Below, piece after piece: positions 14,148 through 28,015 of a stretch of DNA of 64,000 bases. This stretch comes from Antedon mediterranea (taxonomy: Eukaryota > Animalia > Echinodermata): NCBI RefSeq assembly GCF_964355755.1, contig NC_092675.1, forward strand, positions 29,422,912 to 29,486,911. Reading direction: 5' to 3'. The position numbers and the translations under genes were made by a program. The notes below the pieces were generated by a model. The model worked only from the letters and a program-made list of their open reading frames with translations. It had not been told where the DNA came from and searched no databases. Position 1 is the first letter of the stretch. Each line of letters opens with the position of its first letter.

Positions 14148-16292
14148 TTAAATATTTGGCAACCATTTTTTTGTAATAAGCATTTCTAATTTGAGTATTT
14201 CAATATTTGTTAAATTAAGTTCTGTCTTCATTATGTTCTGGTCAAGACTCATAAGTAGGTTTCCGTCAATCCCAATTTCCTGAAAATCTTTAACATGTTT
14301 GTCCAACTTCAGAAGTTTTAAGCAGTCTTGGACCTGATTACATGTCATGTCAGAGAGATTATCTGGAAGATCCTGCTTTCCTTTGATTCTGTGTTCTTCT
14401 GGTGTTGTATTCTCTTTTTTTGAAATCTCAGTTTCTTTATCAAACTGTTGATAATCAAACTTATCATAATCATCATCAGCATCTTTGTAACTATCTTCAA
14501 TTATTTCTGTCTGAAGGTAAATTCTCTTTTCATAATCATTACCAACCTTGTAACTGTTTATGTTACCTTCTTCATCGGCAGTTATTCCACTGACATCTTT
14601 TGAGATGTAAGTGACCTCTTCATAATAATCATTATCTTTGAAAGTGTCCTCATCAAATTCTTCATAATCATAATCATTATCTTTTAAACTACCTTCATTG
14701 ACCACTTCATAATCATCATTAATGTCTTTAAAACTGCACTCATCAGCCTCTTCGTAACTATCAACATCATTTCTGTCATATGTTATGCTTCCAGGGCGGT
14801 CTTTTTTAAGATAGATTTCTTTTTCATAAGTATGATCAGTGTCACCAGTGATATTACTAGCTTGAGGTGTGCATTTCTTTGCATATCTTTTCCCTGGTGA
14901 GTTTGAAGAGTGACCATCAGGCTTCTTCTTGATGATCTTTACCCGTTTATTCTTCAACGGTAAACCTTTTTTTTTTACCTTTGCTTGGTTTGTTTTAACT
15001 GTAGAAACATGTGGTCCATGTGTGATTTCTTCAATCTTTAAGTTTTGCTGAGAGTTGATAATAATATCTGAAAGTCAATTTAAGAGATTTTATTTCTTGA
15101 TAGCAAGATAATTAATTTAAGATCTTTGATTATTACTGTATAAGTATACAAATATTCATAATAAAAACACTTCTGCTATATATCAAATGAAAAACTATAT
15201 TTTTGGTCATTTTATTTTACTTAATAAAAAAACTAATTGTATTAGATATTGATGGATTTAAACAATGTAATAATATTAACCTTGGTTTCCTTGGTAACTA
15301 TTAAATATCTTTTCATCGATGACACTGTGAACAACATCTTGAACATGTTCCTCAAATAAAGTTAAACGATCATCGGTACCATCTCCTATCATAAGTGGAA
15401 CCTGCAGACTTAAGTTACTGCACTCAGTTGGAATACACTCAATTAACTTTTTTTTAACGGCATCTGAAAAAGTAAGATAACATTGGAAACAAAAATTGCT
15501 CTAATTGTCAATAATATTACAGTAGTTTTTAATATTAATCTAATACAGAACATGTTTACAGTATACAGAAGTCTATTTCATGCCTAGCTGGATAAATCAA
15601 ATTTTAAAAATATCTATTAATAGTATCTTTATTCATTCATCAAATGTATGTTACCGCCAAATAGAATTGATTTTTTGATCAAGTTGAACTAGAAACTATT
15701 TTACCTTCTGAAATGCATGTTCCAATTAAGTATTTCATCAAGATTTTTTGTTTGATTGTAAGATTTTTTCCCTCTAACATTAAATCAGGCAATCTGGCAT
15801 GCTGGTTGCTGTTAACTTTCACTTTAAGTGGGAGTTCCAAATCTTTATGAAGTAAGACACTTGGCTTGACATATAAAGTTGACGAACCTTCTTCAATATC
15901 TGCAGTTTCAAAGCCAATTTCAGAGTTGATTGGGATACTGAACTCATTGTCTTCTTCATCGTAAGCGAAAAATCTCAGCTGCTCTTTGACGCTATGTAAA
16001 TATAATACCTTAGGAAACATAAATATTGTAATTTTAGTAAAAATAAAGAATATTGTGTTTGAAATGTGATGACGGTCTACCTACTACATTTTAATATGTC
16101 CATTGCTAAAGCACATAAGTCGAAAAGTCTTACTTGGCCTCTACTATAGTCTTCATAGAATCTTTCACCCAATACACTGTTGGCGATTTTTACAACAATC
16201 GGAAAAGATTTTTTCTTCTCAGCTAATTCATGTGGTGTATAGCACTTGCTTGACCACTTAACAGTTCTTAGCTCTTTACTTATAATCTCCAT
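14148..16292 (-). CDS. GAREM-like CABIT-SAM adaptor, paralog E (exons 2 and 3 fused)
   Basis: Exons 16134-16292, 15705-16008 (fused), 15281-15463, 14148-15067; open frame; SAM C-terminus. Confidence 0.87.
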
Positions 16293-16831
16293 ACTTTCTA
16301 TCAGGAAATTAAAATAATGGCTAGCTATTGTACCCCCAACAACTTCAATGAGAGATCAATTGAATTTATAAGTATTTGTAAGTAAATATCAAAGACCATT
16401 GAACCCAAATCAAAACATTTTGGATCAGCATTTGGTATCAGCAGTTTAATAAGAATGAAAATACATGCATGAACAGAAATAAAGCATTTTATTTTACACT
16501 TCAAAAGACTTTAGTTATTACAATAACAACTGTCTGACAAGAAAGTACGAAAGTTTTGTAATTTATTCTTTATTGTATACAAATTATTTAAAAAAAAAAA
16601 GAAGTTGGAAATGTTTATTATTCTCAAAAAGTAAATTTTCAATTTATGTTGAAAAATTAAGATTTTGAGTTAAGTTTGCCAAACACATACATTGTTGCTA
16701 ACAACTCATATTATTATTACCATAATATGTCTAAAGTATCTGAACATTGTAAGTTAATGTAACCTTTTGGTTTAAAACAAAACAATTATAACGACCATTT
16801 TGAATGTAGATATCACTGATTGATTTACATG

Positions 16832-19567
16832 TTAAACACGTGGCAACCATTTTTCTGTAACAAACATTTTTAATTTGAGTATTTCAAACTTTGTCAAATT
16901 AAGTTCTGTCTTCATTATGTCCGGGTCAAGATCCATAAGTAATTCTCCATCAACTCTAATTCTCTGAAATTTTTCCAAGTGTTTGTCTAACTTTAATAGT
17001 TTTAAGCAGTCTTGAACCTGATTACATGACATTTCAGAGAGATTATCTGGAAGATCCTCTTTGACTCTGATCCTGTGTTCTTCTGGTGTATTCCTTGGTG
17101 GAAGCTTTGGAAGAATATCTTTCTTTGAACACTTATTTGTTGTATTCAATTGTTGATAATCAATCTTATCATAATCATAAGCATCATCATCATCTTCCTC
17201 AGTGACCTCTAAATATTCATCATCTTTATTACTGTCCTCTGAAAAGTCAGTGACCTCTAAATATTCATCATCTTTTTTACTGTCCTCTAAAAAGTCAGTG
17301 ACCTCTAAATATTCATCATCTTTATTACTGTCACTGCCTTCTTCATCTGCAGTTATTCCAATGGGAACCACTGGAATGTCAATAACATCTTCATATTCAT
17401 CATCTTCTCTGTAAGTGCCGTTATTGCCCTCTACATCAACATCTTCATATCCATCATCATCTGTGCAAGTGTCATTATTGCCCTCTTCATCAACATCTTC
17501 ATATCCATCATCTTCTCTGTAAGTGTCATTATTGCCTTTTTCATCATCTCCTCCTTCAACATCTTCATATTCATCATCGTCTCTGTAACTAATATTGTCT
17601 TCTTCATCTGTAGTTATTCCACTGGTGTCCTTTGAAATGTCATTTATATCTTCATATCCATCACTTTCACTGTTCGTGTCTGCAGTCATTTTCCTTCTGC
17701 CTTTGTGGATGTCAGTTGGCTCTAAATATCCATCATCATCTATGCAAGTGTCATTATCATCTTTTTCATGTGTATTTCTTTCTCTTGGATCTTTTTGGAT
17801 GTCAATGTCTTCATATTCACTATCGTCACCTCCAACATTTGTAGTTGTACCAGTGATCTCTTTCTGAATGTAAATCTTGTTCTCATAATCTTCATCATTA
17901 TAACTGCCACTCTCTTCTTCCTCATGTTGGATTTCGAGCACATCTTCATATTCATCACCACCTTTGTAACTGCCCAAATAAACCTTTTCATAATCAACAT
18001 AATGTTTTTCATCTGCAAGTATTTTTTTAAGGTAGATTTCCTTTTCATAACTATCGCCAGTGTCACATGTTAGGTTTTGACTTTTTTCACCAATGATATT
18101 AGAAGCTTTGTCTATATTACGTGTGTATTTCTTGATATTTTTTCTTTTCCCTTTTGGACGACCATCTACCTTTTCAACTTGATTACATTCATCATCCTGT
18201 TGTTGGCTGGTGCATTTTTTGGGATTCTTTTGAATGTTTATTATCTTTTTATACTTAAATCGAAACCTTTTTTTCTTGCCTTTTGCCTGATTATTTTTTG
18301 TATCAGGTGCATTTGAGTTTTCTTCAATCTCGATTGGCTTAACATTAACAATAGTATCTGAAAAATAAGTTTATATTGATAGATTAAAAAATTTGACTTA
18401 TATCTTCTTGAATTTGGAGTGTCTTAAATGAAAAACTAAGTATAATAAATTTTTGTTCATATAACAAAACTTGTTTATTTTTAAAAACTTTATATGGATG
18501 ATTAAAAATTAATTTAATTTACCAGGGTTTCCTTGGTAACTATTAAATGTCTTTTCATCGATGACACTGTGAACAACATCTTGGACATGTTCCTCAAATA
18601 AAGTTAACCGATCATCCGAACCATCTCCTATCATAAGTGCAACCTGCAGACTTAAGTTACTGCACTCAGTTGGAATACACTCAAATATCTTTTTTATACC
18701 ACTATCTGAAAAATATTAAAGATTGAAACCACATTTTCGTGTTTATTCATGTCACACATGTTGTAGGCATTAGTTGTTTAGGAGCATTTCAAAAACTAGT
18801 GAAACTAATCCATGGTTGACCACCCATTGAACTAGAAAACTATGTTACCTTCTGAAATACACGTTCCCATTAAGTATTTCATCAAGTCTTTTTGTTTGAT
18901 TGTAAGATTTCTGTTCTGTGACATTAAATCAGGCAATCTGGTATGTTGGTTGCTGTTAACTTTCACTTTAAGTGGAAGTTCCAAATCTTCATGTAGCAAG
19001 ACATTTGACTCTGTTTTCAAAATACAAATACAAGTATTAACATCCTGGTATCTTTTTTAAAGAAATTATATAATACATGATGATTTCAATAGAATGTTGA
19101 CTAACCTTCTTGTATGTCGTCTGCAGTCAAAAAGTTAATTTCAGAGTTGATTGGGATACTGAACTCATTTCCGCCTTCATCGTAAGCCAAAAATCTCAAC
19201 TGCTCTTTGACGTTATGTAAATATAATACCTGTAGTAAATTTAAAAACATATGATGTAAATATGGATTTGTAATATGAATGTAATTGTTCTTAATGTCTG
19301 AGATATGAGAATGGCAGCCATCATCTACATTTCATTTTGAAGTCTATATTACTTTAGAAATTTGATAATAAAGTCATACTGGAGTAAAATTATAAATACT
19401 GCAGTTTTAAAATTATATCTTACTTGGCCTGTACTGTAGTACCCTTGTATGCTGTCTGCAATTTTAACAATTATAGGAAAAGATTTCTTCTTCTTAGCCA
19501 ACTCACTTGGTGTATACCACTTGATTGACCACTTTACAGTTGTAAGTTCTTTCTTAATCTTCTCCAT
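16832..19567 (-). CDS. GAREM-like CABIT-SAM adaptor, paralog F
   Basis: Exons 19424-19567, 19106-19229, 18849-19010, 18523-18705, 16832-18357; open frame checked; many YEDV/YEDI/YLEV motifs, PKLPPRN, SAM. Confidence 0.88.
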
Positions 19568-20476
19568 AATTTCAAATTGCCATTTCCCCATCAATTGTCA
19601 CATAGTAAATTTACTGGTTTGTATGGTATGACTTGACTACAGCCAAATCAAAATGTTTGCAATCAGCATTTGGCGGATATGAATGCATGCATGAAACTAT
19701 CATACTTAAACTTAAACTGAATTTAACAGGATAAAAACAATGTGCTATAAGGAAGTATTAACATCTGATCTTGGAGACAAAAATAGGTTTGTTGGAAGTG
19801 GAAGTATAAAACAAGTACACATACGTACGTATATATATAGTGTATCTGTGGTTTGATGTATGATATGATTCCTTGTACTACGTTTTTTCATTATATAAGC
19901 AAAAATATATTTGACGTACAGAACTAGGAAATGTTTGTTTTTATTAGGACATTTTACTTTTGTATCATACACAAAAACATTCTAAAATAATAAATAAAAT
20001 CATAACCAAAAAAATATAATAACAAAAAATACAGACTCGGACTTCATACAAATGTTGATAGTCTATGTAGACACTTTAATCTTTTCTGAAGCACATTTTT
20101 GAAGTAATATTATATTCTATTCTTTGTTCAAAAAGAATCATTGAGTTTTTCATACTAATGTTTAAGACTATACGATAGAACCATTTTTCAATATATAGAA
20201 ATATATCAAAGAGGATCGGGGAAAATAAGTCAGATTAATCATTAATAACAATGTATATAACAATACTGTACATTTATAAGGCATTCTACTTAACCTAAAA
20301 ATATGTGGCAACAATTTGTCCTTGACCAATTTAGAATATATAGAACAGTATTTTGTAGAAGATATATTTGTTCTTTATAAATTTAAACAATATGCCAATA
20401 AATTATTACTTAATTTTATAAATGTTTAAAGTTACAATAAGATACAATCTTGAATTAACATCATCATTTATACATA

Positions 20477-23319
20477 TTAAACTTGTGGCAACCATTTATT
20501 CTTAATAAACAATTCTAATTTGACAATTTCAAACTTTGTCAAATTAAGTTCTGTCTTCATTATGTGCTCGTCAAGACTCATAAGTAATTCTCCGTCAATC
20601 CCAACTTCCTGAAAATCTTTAACATGTTTGTCCAACTTTAGAAGTTTTAGGCAGTCTTGGACCTGATTACATGTCATTTGAGAGAGATTATCTGGAAGAT
20701 CCTGCTCTCCTCTGATTCTGTGTTCTTCTTGAAGCATACTTTCTTTTGCTACAGTGGCTTTTGATGCCTTGTTCCTTGGAGGAGGGTGAGGAGACTGACA
20801 TTGCTTAGTTCTTTGAACATTGCCATTAACATAAAATGGATCAGGTTTGTTAATTTCCTGCTCTCTTCTGATTCTGTGTTCTTCTTGAAGAATACTTTCT
20901 TTTGCTACAGCGGCTTTTGATTCCTTGTTCCGTGGAGGAGGTTGAGGAAACTGACATTGCTTACTTCTTTGAACATTGCCATTAACATAAAATGATCCTG
21001 TGTTCTTCTGATGTATTCCTTGGTGGAAGCTTTGGAAGAATGTCTTTCTTTGAACACTTATTTTTTTTATTCAGTTGTTGATAATCAATCTTATCATAAT
21101 CATAAGCATCATCATCTTCATCAGTGACCTCTAAATATTCATCATCTTTATTACTGTCATTGCTTTCTTCATCTGCAGTTATTCCAATGGGAACCACTGG
21201 AATGTCAATAACATCTTCATATTCATCATCTTCTCTGTAAGTGTCATTATTGGCTTCTTCATCTGCAGTTATTTCTCTGGGGTCCTCTGAATTGTCAATT
21301 ACATCTTCATATCCACCATCTTCTCTGTAAGTGTCATTATTGCCTTCTTCATCAACATCTTCATATCCATCATCTTCTCTGTAAGTGTCATTATTGCCTT
21401 CTTCATCTGCATCTGTCATTTCCATTGGGCCTTTTTTGATGTCAGTTACTTCTAAATATCCATCACCATCTTCTATGTGAGTATTACCTTCTTCATCTGT
21501 CATTATTTCTCTTGGATCTTTTTGGATGTCAACATCTTCATTTTCAGTATCGTCTTTGTAACTATCTACATCTTTAGTTATACTACTACTAGTGATGTCC
21601 TTCCGAAGGTAAATTTTGTTCTCATAATCTCCATCATTATAACTGTTACCCTCTTCTTCCTTACTAGAGTCATGTTGGATTTCAAGTACATCTTCATAAT
21701 CATGACCATTGTAACTGCCCACATAAACATCTTCATAATCAACATAATGTTTTCTGTTTGCAAGCTTTTTTGTTTCATATGTTAGGTTTTGACTTTTTTC
21801 CCCAATGATATTAGAACCTTTGTCTATATTAGGTGTGTATTTCTTGACATGTCTTTTCCCTTTTGGACGACCATCTATCTTTTCAACTTTACTACAAACA
21901 TCATCCTGTTGTTGGCTGGTGCATTTTTGGGGATTCTTTTGGATGTTCATTATCTTTTTATACTTTAATCGAAACCTTTTTTTCTTGCCTTTTGCCTGAT
22001 TATTTTTTGTATCGGGTTTACTGACCTGTGGTGCATTTGAGCTTTCTTCAATCTCGATTGACTTAAAATTAACAATAGTATCTGAAAATGAATTAAATTA
22101 TATTGATAGGTTAGAAAATGACTTGACATATATCTTCTTGGATTTGAAGTGTCTTAAATGAAAAACTAATTAAATTTTGTTCAAATAACAAAACTTGCTT
22201 ATTTTTATAAACTTTATATGGATGATTAAAAATTAATTTACTTTGATTTCCTGGATAACTGTTATATGTACTTTCATCGATGAGACTGTGAACAACATCT
22301 TGAACATGTTCCTCAAATAAAATTAACTGATCATCCGTACCATCTCTTATCATAAGTACAACCTGCAGACTTAAGTTACTGCACTCAGTTGGAAAAGACT
22401 CAATTAACCTTTTTTTACCACTATCTGAAAAAAAATTCAATATTTGAATTGATTCAATATCTTGAATTAACATTTTTAAACAGTCAGTAGAACATTGTTT
22501 CCTACTCATACCCCATTAGGAATAATCAAATATGTAAAATTATGTTATATAGTATTTCATTTACTATTTTAAGTTGTGGATCTGTATTGATTTAAGTTTT
22601 TGGTATCATCAGGCAAAGAAATGATGAACCAACTAATAGTAACTCACTTGAGTTGAACTGGAAAACTACTTTACCTTCTGAAATGCATGTTCCAATTAAG
22701 TATTTCATCACATCTTTTTGTTTGATTGTAAGATTTCTGTTCTGTGACATTAAATCAGGTAATCTGGCATGTTGGTTGCTGTTAACTTTCACTTTAAGTG
22801 GGAGTTCCAAATCTTCATGTAGCAAGACACTTGACTCTGTTTTTTTTATAGAAAGGTTATTTGTTATCTTGGTTTAGTTATCTTGGTTTAGTTTTAAAAA
22901 ATTATGTAATATGACGATTTCCATAGAATGTTGACTAACCTTCTTGTATGTCTGCAGTCACCAAGTTAATATCAGAGTTGATTGGGATACTGAACTCATT
23001 ACATTCTTCATCGTAAGCCAAAAACCTCAGCTGCTCTTTGACGCTATGTAAATATACTACCTGTAGTAAATTTAAAAACATGTGCTGTAGATATGGATTT
23101 TAAAATGTAATGGTTCTTAATGTCTGAACTAGAGTGAAATAATAACTACTGCAGTTATTTTAAATTATATCTTACTTGGCCTGTGTTGTAGTCCTCTTGT
23201 AAACTGTCTGCGATTTTAACAATTATAGGAAAAGATTTCTTCTTCTTAGCCAACTCACTTGGTGTATACCACTTGATTGACCACTTTACAGTTGTAAGTT
23301 CTTTCTTAATCTTCTCCAT
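20477..23319 (-). pseudogene. GAREM-like paralog G, chimeric, frameshifted before the SAM domain (truncated protein or pseudogene)
   Basis: Exons 23176-23319, 22940-23060, 22675-22836, 22242-22424, 20477-22081. Frame ends ...PKLPPRNTSEEHRIILC* at 20982; the downstream YVN modules and SAM (to 20477) are intact in another frame. Confidence 0.75.
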
Positions 23320-24187
23320 AATTTCAAATTGCCATTTTCCCATCAATTGTCAAATAGTAAATTTACTGGTTTGTATGGTATGACTTGACTACAGCCAAAT
23401 CAAAATGTTTGCAATCAGCATTTGCATGAAACTATCATACTTAAACTTAAACTGAATTTAACAGGATAAAACAATGTGATGTAAGGAAGTCTGTTTATTT
23501 GGAAATGGAAGTATAAAATAAATACAAAATATATTTGACGTAGAAAAATAGGAAATGTTTGTTTTTTTTAGTACATTTTACGTTTGTATCATACACAAAG
23601 CATGCAAAATAATAAATATAATAATAACAATTATAAGTATTATTATAATCTACTCTTTATTGTTCAACAAGCATCATTGAATTGAGTTGTTGATACAGTT
23701 CTCATGTTTAGGATTATACGATAGAACAATTTTTCAATATAGAAATATATCAAAGAGGATGGGGAAAATAAGTCAGAAGACTTATATAAATATTAATCAT
23801 TAATAACAATGTATATAACAATACTGTACATTTGTAAGGCATTCTACTTAACCTAAAAATATGTTTTTTTTTGTATTAATATTTGTCCTCAGTGAGGAAA
23901 TTCGGATTAGGCCCTCCACGGACCCACGGCAGCCAGCAGTGCAGCGCCTACCAGAATTAGCGCCTACATTTATAAGGCATTCTATTTTAAAAATAGGTGA
24001 AAACTATTTTTTCTTGACCTATTTAGAATATATAGAACAGTATTTTGTAGAAGATATATTTGTTCTTTATAAATTTAAACAATATGCCAATAAATTATTA
24101 CTTAATTTTATAAATGTTTAATTTTAAAAAGATTTTACAAAGTTACAATAATATACAATCTTGAATTAACATCATCATTTATACATA

Positions 24188-27100
24188 TTAAACTTGTGGC
24201 AACCATTTATTCTTCATAAACAATTCTAATTTGACAATTTCAAACTTTGTCAAATTAAGTTCTGTTTTCATTATGTGCTCGTCAAGACTCATAAGTAATT
24301 CTCCGTCAATCCCAACTTCCTGAAAATCTTTAACATGTTTGTCCAACTTTAGAAGTTTTAAGCAGTCTTGGACCTGATTACATGTCATGTCAGAGAGATT
24401 ATCTGGAAGATCCTCATTAGTTCTGATTCTGTGTTCTTCTGGTGTATTTCTTGGTGGAAGCTTTGGAAGAATTTGATGCATTAAACTAGTTGGTTTATCA
24501 ATCTTATCATCATGGACATCTTTGTCTCCATTGGGTTGTTCCAGAACTTCATTACCTCTGTCATGTGCAGTTTCTTCACTGGGGATGTCAATTATTTCTT
24601 CATAATAATCATTATAACTGCCTTCACCAACCTCTTCATAATCTGCATCATCAATGGTTCTTTCTTTATTTTTTGTTCTTGTGTGTTTTTTTTGGTCCTG
24701 CCGGTATATTTTCATTTCATAACTATGATTATTGTCATATTTTAGGCATTGGCTGCTCTCACCAATGATATTACAAGATTTGTCTATATTAGCTGAGCAT
24801 TTCTTGACATGTCTTTTCCCTTTTCTTTTTGATCGAAAACTTGTTTTCTTTACTTTTGCTCGATTTGTTACCATTGTCGAAGCTTTATTGTCATCATGTG
24901 GTTCATTTGTGCTATCTTCAATCTTCAGTAAGTTTTGCTGAGCATTGATAATAATATCTGAAGATTATTTAAAAACATATCTTTAATTTGTGATTATTAC
25001 TGTAAACTAAAAACATATATTTCTTGTATTTATACAGTGCACATATTCATTCATGAAATTTAATTTTATCAAAATAATATCTACTTATATTAGATATATT
25101 GATGTATAATATTTTTACCAGGGTTTCCATGATAACTGTTAAATGTACTTTCTTCGATGACACTGTGAACAACATCTTGAACATGTTCCTCAAATAAAGT
25201 TAAACAACCATCTCCTATCATAAGTGGAACTTGTAGACTTAAGCTACTGCACTCAGTTGGAATACACTCAATAAATTGTTCAGCATCTGTAATAAAAACA
25301 AGATTCAAAATCTTGAATTAAATTTTGTTGAACTTTTATGTTATTTGTGCGAAACTGACTCATCAAAGCATTAGTTGTTTTAGCAATTTTGGTATTATCT
25401 GGCAAAGTAATGGACCAGTGACTAATTAAACTAGAAATTTGGTACCTTCTGAAATGCATGTTCCTATTAAGTATTTCATCAAGCCTTTTTGTTTGATCTC
25501 AAGACTTGTTTTCGGTGACATTAAATCAGGTAATCTGGCATGTTGGTTGCTGTTAACTTTCACTCTAAGTGGAAGTTTCAAATCTTCATGTAGCAAAACA
25601 CTTGACTCTGTTTTCAAAATAAAAAAAGTTGTAAAATCGGTTGTATAACTGTATCTTATTGTTAGTATAAGTTTTGCAATTTTTTTGTGTTCATGGATGG
25701 ATTGATTATTATATTTCATATAAATTTATTTGAATTTTTTTGTATTTGAACTAACCTTCTTGTATGTCTCGATTTACAAAGTTAATTTCAGAGTTGATTG
25801 GGATACTGAACTCATTTCCTTTTTTATCGTAGGCCAAAAATCTCAACTGCTCTTTGACACTGTGTAAATACAATACCTACAGTAACCAGGAAAACTAGAA
25901 TTTAATTTGTCACTTTGACGAATTATAGGTGATCATTTTTATCAATTTAATGAAATTAACATTTTTTAAACATGCACGTACGTTAACATACCATCGTAAA
26001 AAGTTGATGTACGCCATCCTATGACATGATGCATATACACTTATAGCGCTGAGTTGTGCCTATTATGTGTCATATACAATATGTACAGTATATACTGTAT
26101 ATCTATATACAGTGTAGCATAGGTAAAATTATGGGACCCACATCATGTTCTAATTTTTTGGTATAATGGAATTATCAAAATAAATTCGAAGATGACAATT
26201 TCGAAAGATGTGTGCTCTTTGAAATTTGTATAACTTCGACTAAAGAAATTTAAAAACTACGTTTTAACTTCAACTGGCCATATGATAACATCACATCATC
26301 CGATAGGCTTAATTTTTATATGAATTCATATCTACATTTCATCAGCTTTCATAATAAGTTATAATCTTGAAGGTCACCTTTAATTCTGAAGAGCTATAAG
26401 ATATTCAAATATATGGTGTAGCTGAAATTACACGACCTAGTTTATTCAAGTTTTCACGCGTGATGACGTCATCAAAATAAAAATGTTGACAACTCATGAG
26501 AAAGATAATTAATTGAGCAAGCACATACTAAAATTTGTGCGAAAATTGGGTTCAAATAACGGAGATTCCCTCTATTGAATGTGATAACCCACACAAAAAG
26601 ATAAAAATTACTATTTTTTTAATGGAAGTGGCCATTTGATGACGTCATACCATTTTGTACGTCTAATGTGTATATACATTTATATCTACAACTTATTGGC
26701 TTCCATATTAAGTTAAAAAAATTAGGGGTCATCTTCCATTCTGAAGAGTTATATTCATTTTAAAAAGGCCCTACTTTTTACAATTTTTAGCACTTTTGTA
26801 CAATTAATGTGCGCATTTTGTCATTTTTAACGTGCTCGTATAGCGTTATTTTAAGTCGGAACTGACTCAAATTTGGTGAATGTACTAAGGATGGTGAGTA
26901 GAATGAGATTTGTAAAAAAAATTCACATTTTTTACGCTTTTTAAGTATCGCGCGCGCAAATTTTTTTTTTGCGCAGTAATTTTTTGAAACACGCAAATGG
27001 CCTCTAAATTCATGCTCTAAATTGATCAAAACTTAATTTTGAGCATTTTAAATTTTTAACGCGCGATTTCACGTGCATGACCCTACGTGCGCGTGAGTTT

Positions 27101-27721
27101 TTATTTGCTAATATTTTTACCCTTGACCTGAAGTTTACGTGTAGTGAATTTCATTAATATGTGATAATGAATTATGGAGATATGATTGATAATGTGATTT
27201 CGCAAAATGGCGTATAAATGACGTCACGGACGAGTGATGACGCTGGAAAGCTTATTAGGATTAAGTTATATTATTTGAAAGATATTCTGAAATTTTGGTA
27301 ATCATTGACATTAAACTTTTTGAGATAATTGTTACACAAAATAGTGTACAGAAACAATAAAAAGAAAAAAAATAATAAAGATTTTATACAATAACAATAG
27401 GTGATCATTTTATTCTAAATGATCACCTAAATATTTATGTTTAGCTTAAAAATAACTATATAGCTTCCTTAAGTCTTCGCATTATGTATTAACTTCAGCA
27501 AAATATTGAAGTTGTAATCAGTAAAATGACAAAATAGTTACTGTATTTAAAGAAAGTCTTACTTGGCCTCTACTATAGTCTTCATAGAATCTGTCACTCA
27601 GTACACTGTTGGCGATTTTTACAACAATCGGAAAAGATTTTTTCTTCTCAGCTAACTCGCTTGGTATATAGCACTTTCTTGACCATTTAACAGTTCTTAG
27701 CTCTTTACTTATAATCTCCAT
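24188..27721 (-). CDS. GAREM-like CABIT-SAM adaptor, paralog H (short linker)
   Basis: Exons 27563-27721, 25756-25876, 25446-25607, 25119-25286, 24188-24957; intron 1 enlarged by a 1.5-kb transposon; PKLPPRN, DYEEV, YYEEI; SAM. Confidence 0.86.
25895..27431 (-). mobile_element. Non-autonomous Helentron-associated element (HINE/DINE-1-like) in intron 1 of paralog H
   Basis: One end has hairpin TAGGTGATCATTT-TATTCT-AAATGATCACCTA (27398-27429) next to a simple A/T-rich tract; the other has the subTIR TAGGTGATCATTTT (25926) plus a short stem-loop AATTTGTCA-CTT-TGACGAATT (25904-25924). This subTIR + IR + terminal stem-loop layout is typical of HINEs. Confidence 0.72.
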
Positions 27722-28015
27722 ACTTTCTATCAGGAAATTGAAATGAGAAATCATTGAATTTAAAAGTGTTTGTTTTAGTTATCATTTGATATTTTATAAC
27801 CCTTGAAAACTATTTATTTTCATACTTTCTTTTCTTTCATAAAGTTTAAATAGGCTATCAGTAACTATCAGTGTCAAAGTTTACACCGCATGCGTCTATT
27901 ACATGTGTAAATTGTAAAGTCCAAACGCCCTATGTGATAGAAGGAAGTAATTGGTTTAAATGTTCTTAAATTTTCTTAGTGCAAAATACAACATGTGCTT
28001 TCATCTTGAATCTTG

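Noticed and set aside
6681-21999. Many plus-strand Ser/Ile/His-rich ORFs overlapping the linker exons
   Set aside because: Antisense shadows of low-complexity GAT/GAA-rich coding sequence; no splice or homology support.
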